Shown: one piece after another, positions 62,700 through 64,000 of the stretch
Layout: each line of letters opens with the position of its first letter
How positions within the stretch are numbered: the stretch's first letter is position 1
Assembly (NCBI GenBank): GCA_976226885.1
Contig: OZ320315.1
Location: 106,082,001 to 106,146,000, forward strand
Direction of reading: 5' to 3'
Source: Iphione sp. A-MEVVRFRX5
Taxonomy: Eukaryota
DNA length: 64,000 nt
Position numbers and translations under genes: made by a program
The notes under the pieces: model-generated
Seen by the model: only the letters and a program-made list of their open reading frames with translations
The model's database searches: none
Told to the model about the DNA's origin: nothing

Positions 62700-64000
62700 G
62701 AGCTTGTTGAAAAATGCTCTGTATCTCTGTTTTGTGCCATGATAGGCATGCACTGGTGGTTCACCCCATGCTGGGAAAACATCCAGATACAGGTTTGTCT
62801 AAATGATTAGATTGTTGATCATTTGTATTGCACATATAAAGGCTCTCTGGATATCATAGTCAATAGGTATCCCTGTTTGTAGTGACATATGCATTGTATT
62901 TATCAAAATCTGTGGCAGAGATCAGGCACCAGATTACATGTGGGAGTGCCTCCATCTCTTCCATGTCATTTACATGTATTCTTAGTAGACCTGAGAAGTA
63001 GTTAAAGAGCTCTGTGTCTGATTCAAAATGGGGTACAGTTCTCCTGTCTGGATCTTTTGCCTCCAAATACATAAATGACATGATAATTGTAGATATTGGG
63101 GTCAGTGTAAATGTCTTTACTGATGCACTGAAGATCGCCACCTGGGTAGACACAAACTTCGTAGTTAGTGTTTGTCTCATTGATTTGATTTAGTTTGGCC
63201 TGCAGTCACTTTCCTCTAGAGTCAGTGAGTAACAGCATGTGGCATTGTAGTTGCTCAATCTACAGTTCCCCCTGTAGGAGAGGCATGGAACTAGTAAGTG
63301 CTTAAATTATTTTTTGAATTTCCATCCATACTTTGCCAAGAATATCCTCTCCCTTGTAATTGTTTGATCACAGATTTGTAGATAAGAGTCCTACCCCTGA
63401 TCCAAGTAGTGTGTCATATGATGCATGAAATTATGTTTTCTATGGTTGTTTTTTAGTTTACTGAGCAATAATTATTTTAGTTCCCTACCAACGTGCCCCT
63501 CTGCTTTCTCTGATTTGGGGAGTGAGTCTTTAATAGAGTTGATTTTCCCAATCGTAGTTGCTTTTGCTATGGTTTTTGCCAGGTCAAATCATCCCCAGCT
63601 CTTGGCTTGTTGATATAGGAGCATGTGAGTGACTGTTGGGAATGTTATGCAATCCACTAACAACAGGGATGGGTAGACATTCAAAAGTAATGCATTTTCG
63701 CCTTTGAAATAAACATGAGTATTTGTGATTATGGTTTTTGCTTCTTTTAAGTTTAGTTCACTTGATAGGAGATTTATTTGTGTGTGATGGTATCTTTCTC
63801 CATCTATGGTAATATAGAGCCCCAAGACTGCAGATTTATAGCCTTGTGTTTTGCCAAGTTCACATTTGCCTTTAGGTCTTTCTGTATCTGAAATGCTGCC
63901 GGGGGGAGGTCCTATCTTCTCAAGACTGTTTGGTGTTTTTTTCCTAAATTACACATGTTTTTGAAGATTTTGTCTTTTTGCTCAACTATAATAAAATGAA
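62700..64000 (-). pseudogene. Decayed LINE ORF1-like gene with NADAR (YbiA-like) and SGNH-hydrolase domains
   Basis: VYFKGENALLLNVYPS...FPTVTH...YQQAK and KGEDILGKVWMEIQ (about 63714-63311); then LLLTDSRG (about 63226), VYPGG and VIYVFGG. Stops and frameshifts present; runs off the window end. Confidence 0.65.

Overview
AT-rich eukaryotic DNA, most likely from an invertebrate animal (spliceosomal splice signals, animal-type retroelements; the species cannot be assigned from sequence alone). There are only two convincing host genes: tandem paralogous EamA/DMT (SLC35G-like) transporters on the minus strand (490-1674 and 22984-24180), each with a single coding exon. The rest is mostly nested transposable elements: four tyrosine-recombinase (DIRS-order) retrotransposon copies, several CR1/L2-type LINE pieces, Gypsy fragments and LTRs, a piggyBac-type MITE and another MITE. 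One YR element (35347-39930) is full length and recent, with A...BA..B split direct repeats. The most notable signals are: (1) phase-1 splice-acceptor motifs at the start of the recombinase ORF in three YR elements, plus a matching donor in gag of the intact one, predicting a spliced Gag-YR fusion; (2) a decayed LINE ORF1-like gene carrying NADAR and SGNH-hydrolase domains; (3) short direct repeats with a shared core bracketing two YR remnants; (4) an unassigned, partly spliced two-gene module next to an LTR. All domain calls are from motif recognition by eye; no searches were run.
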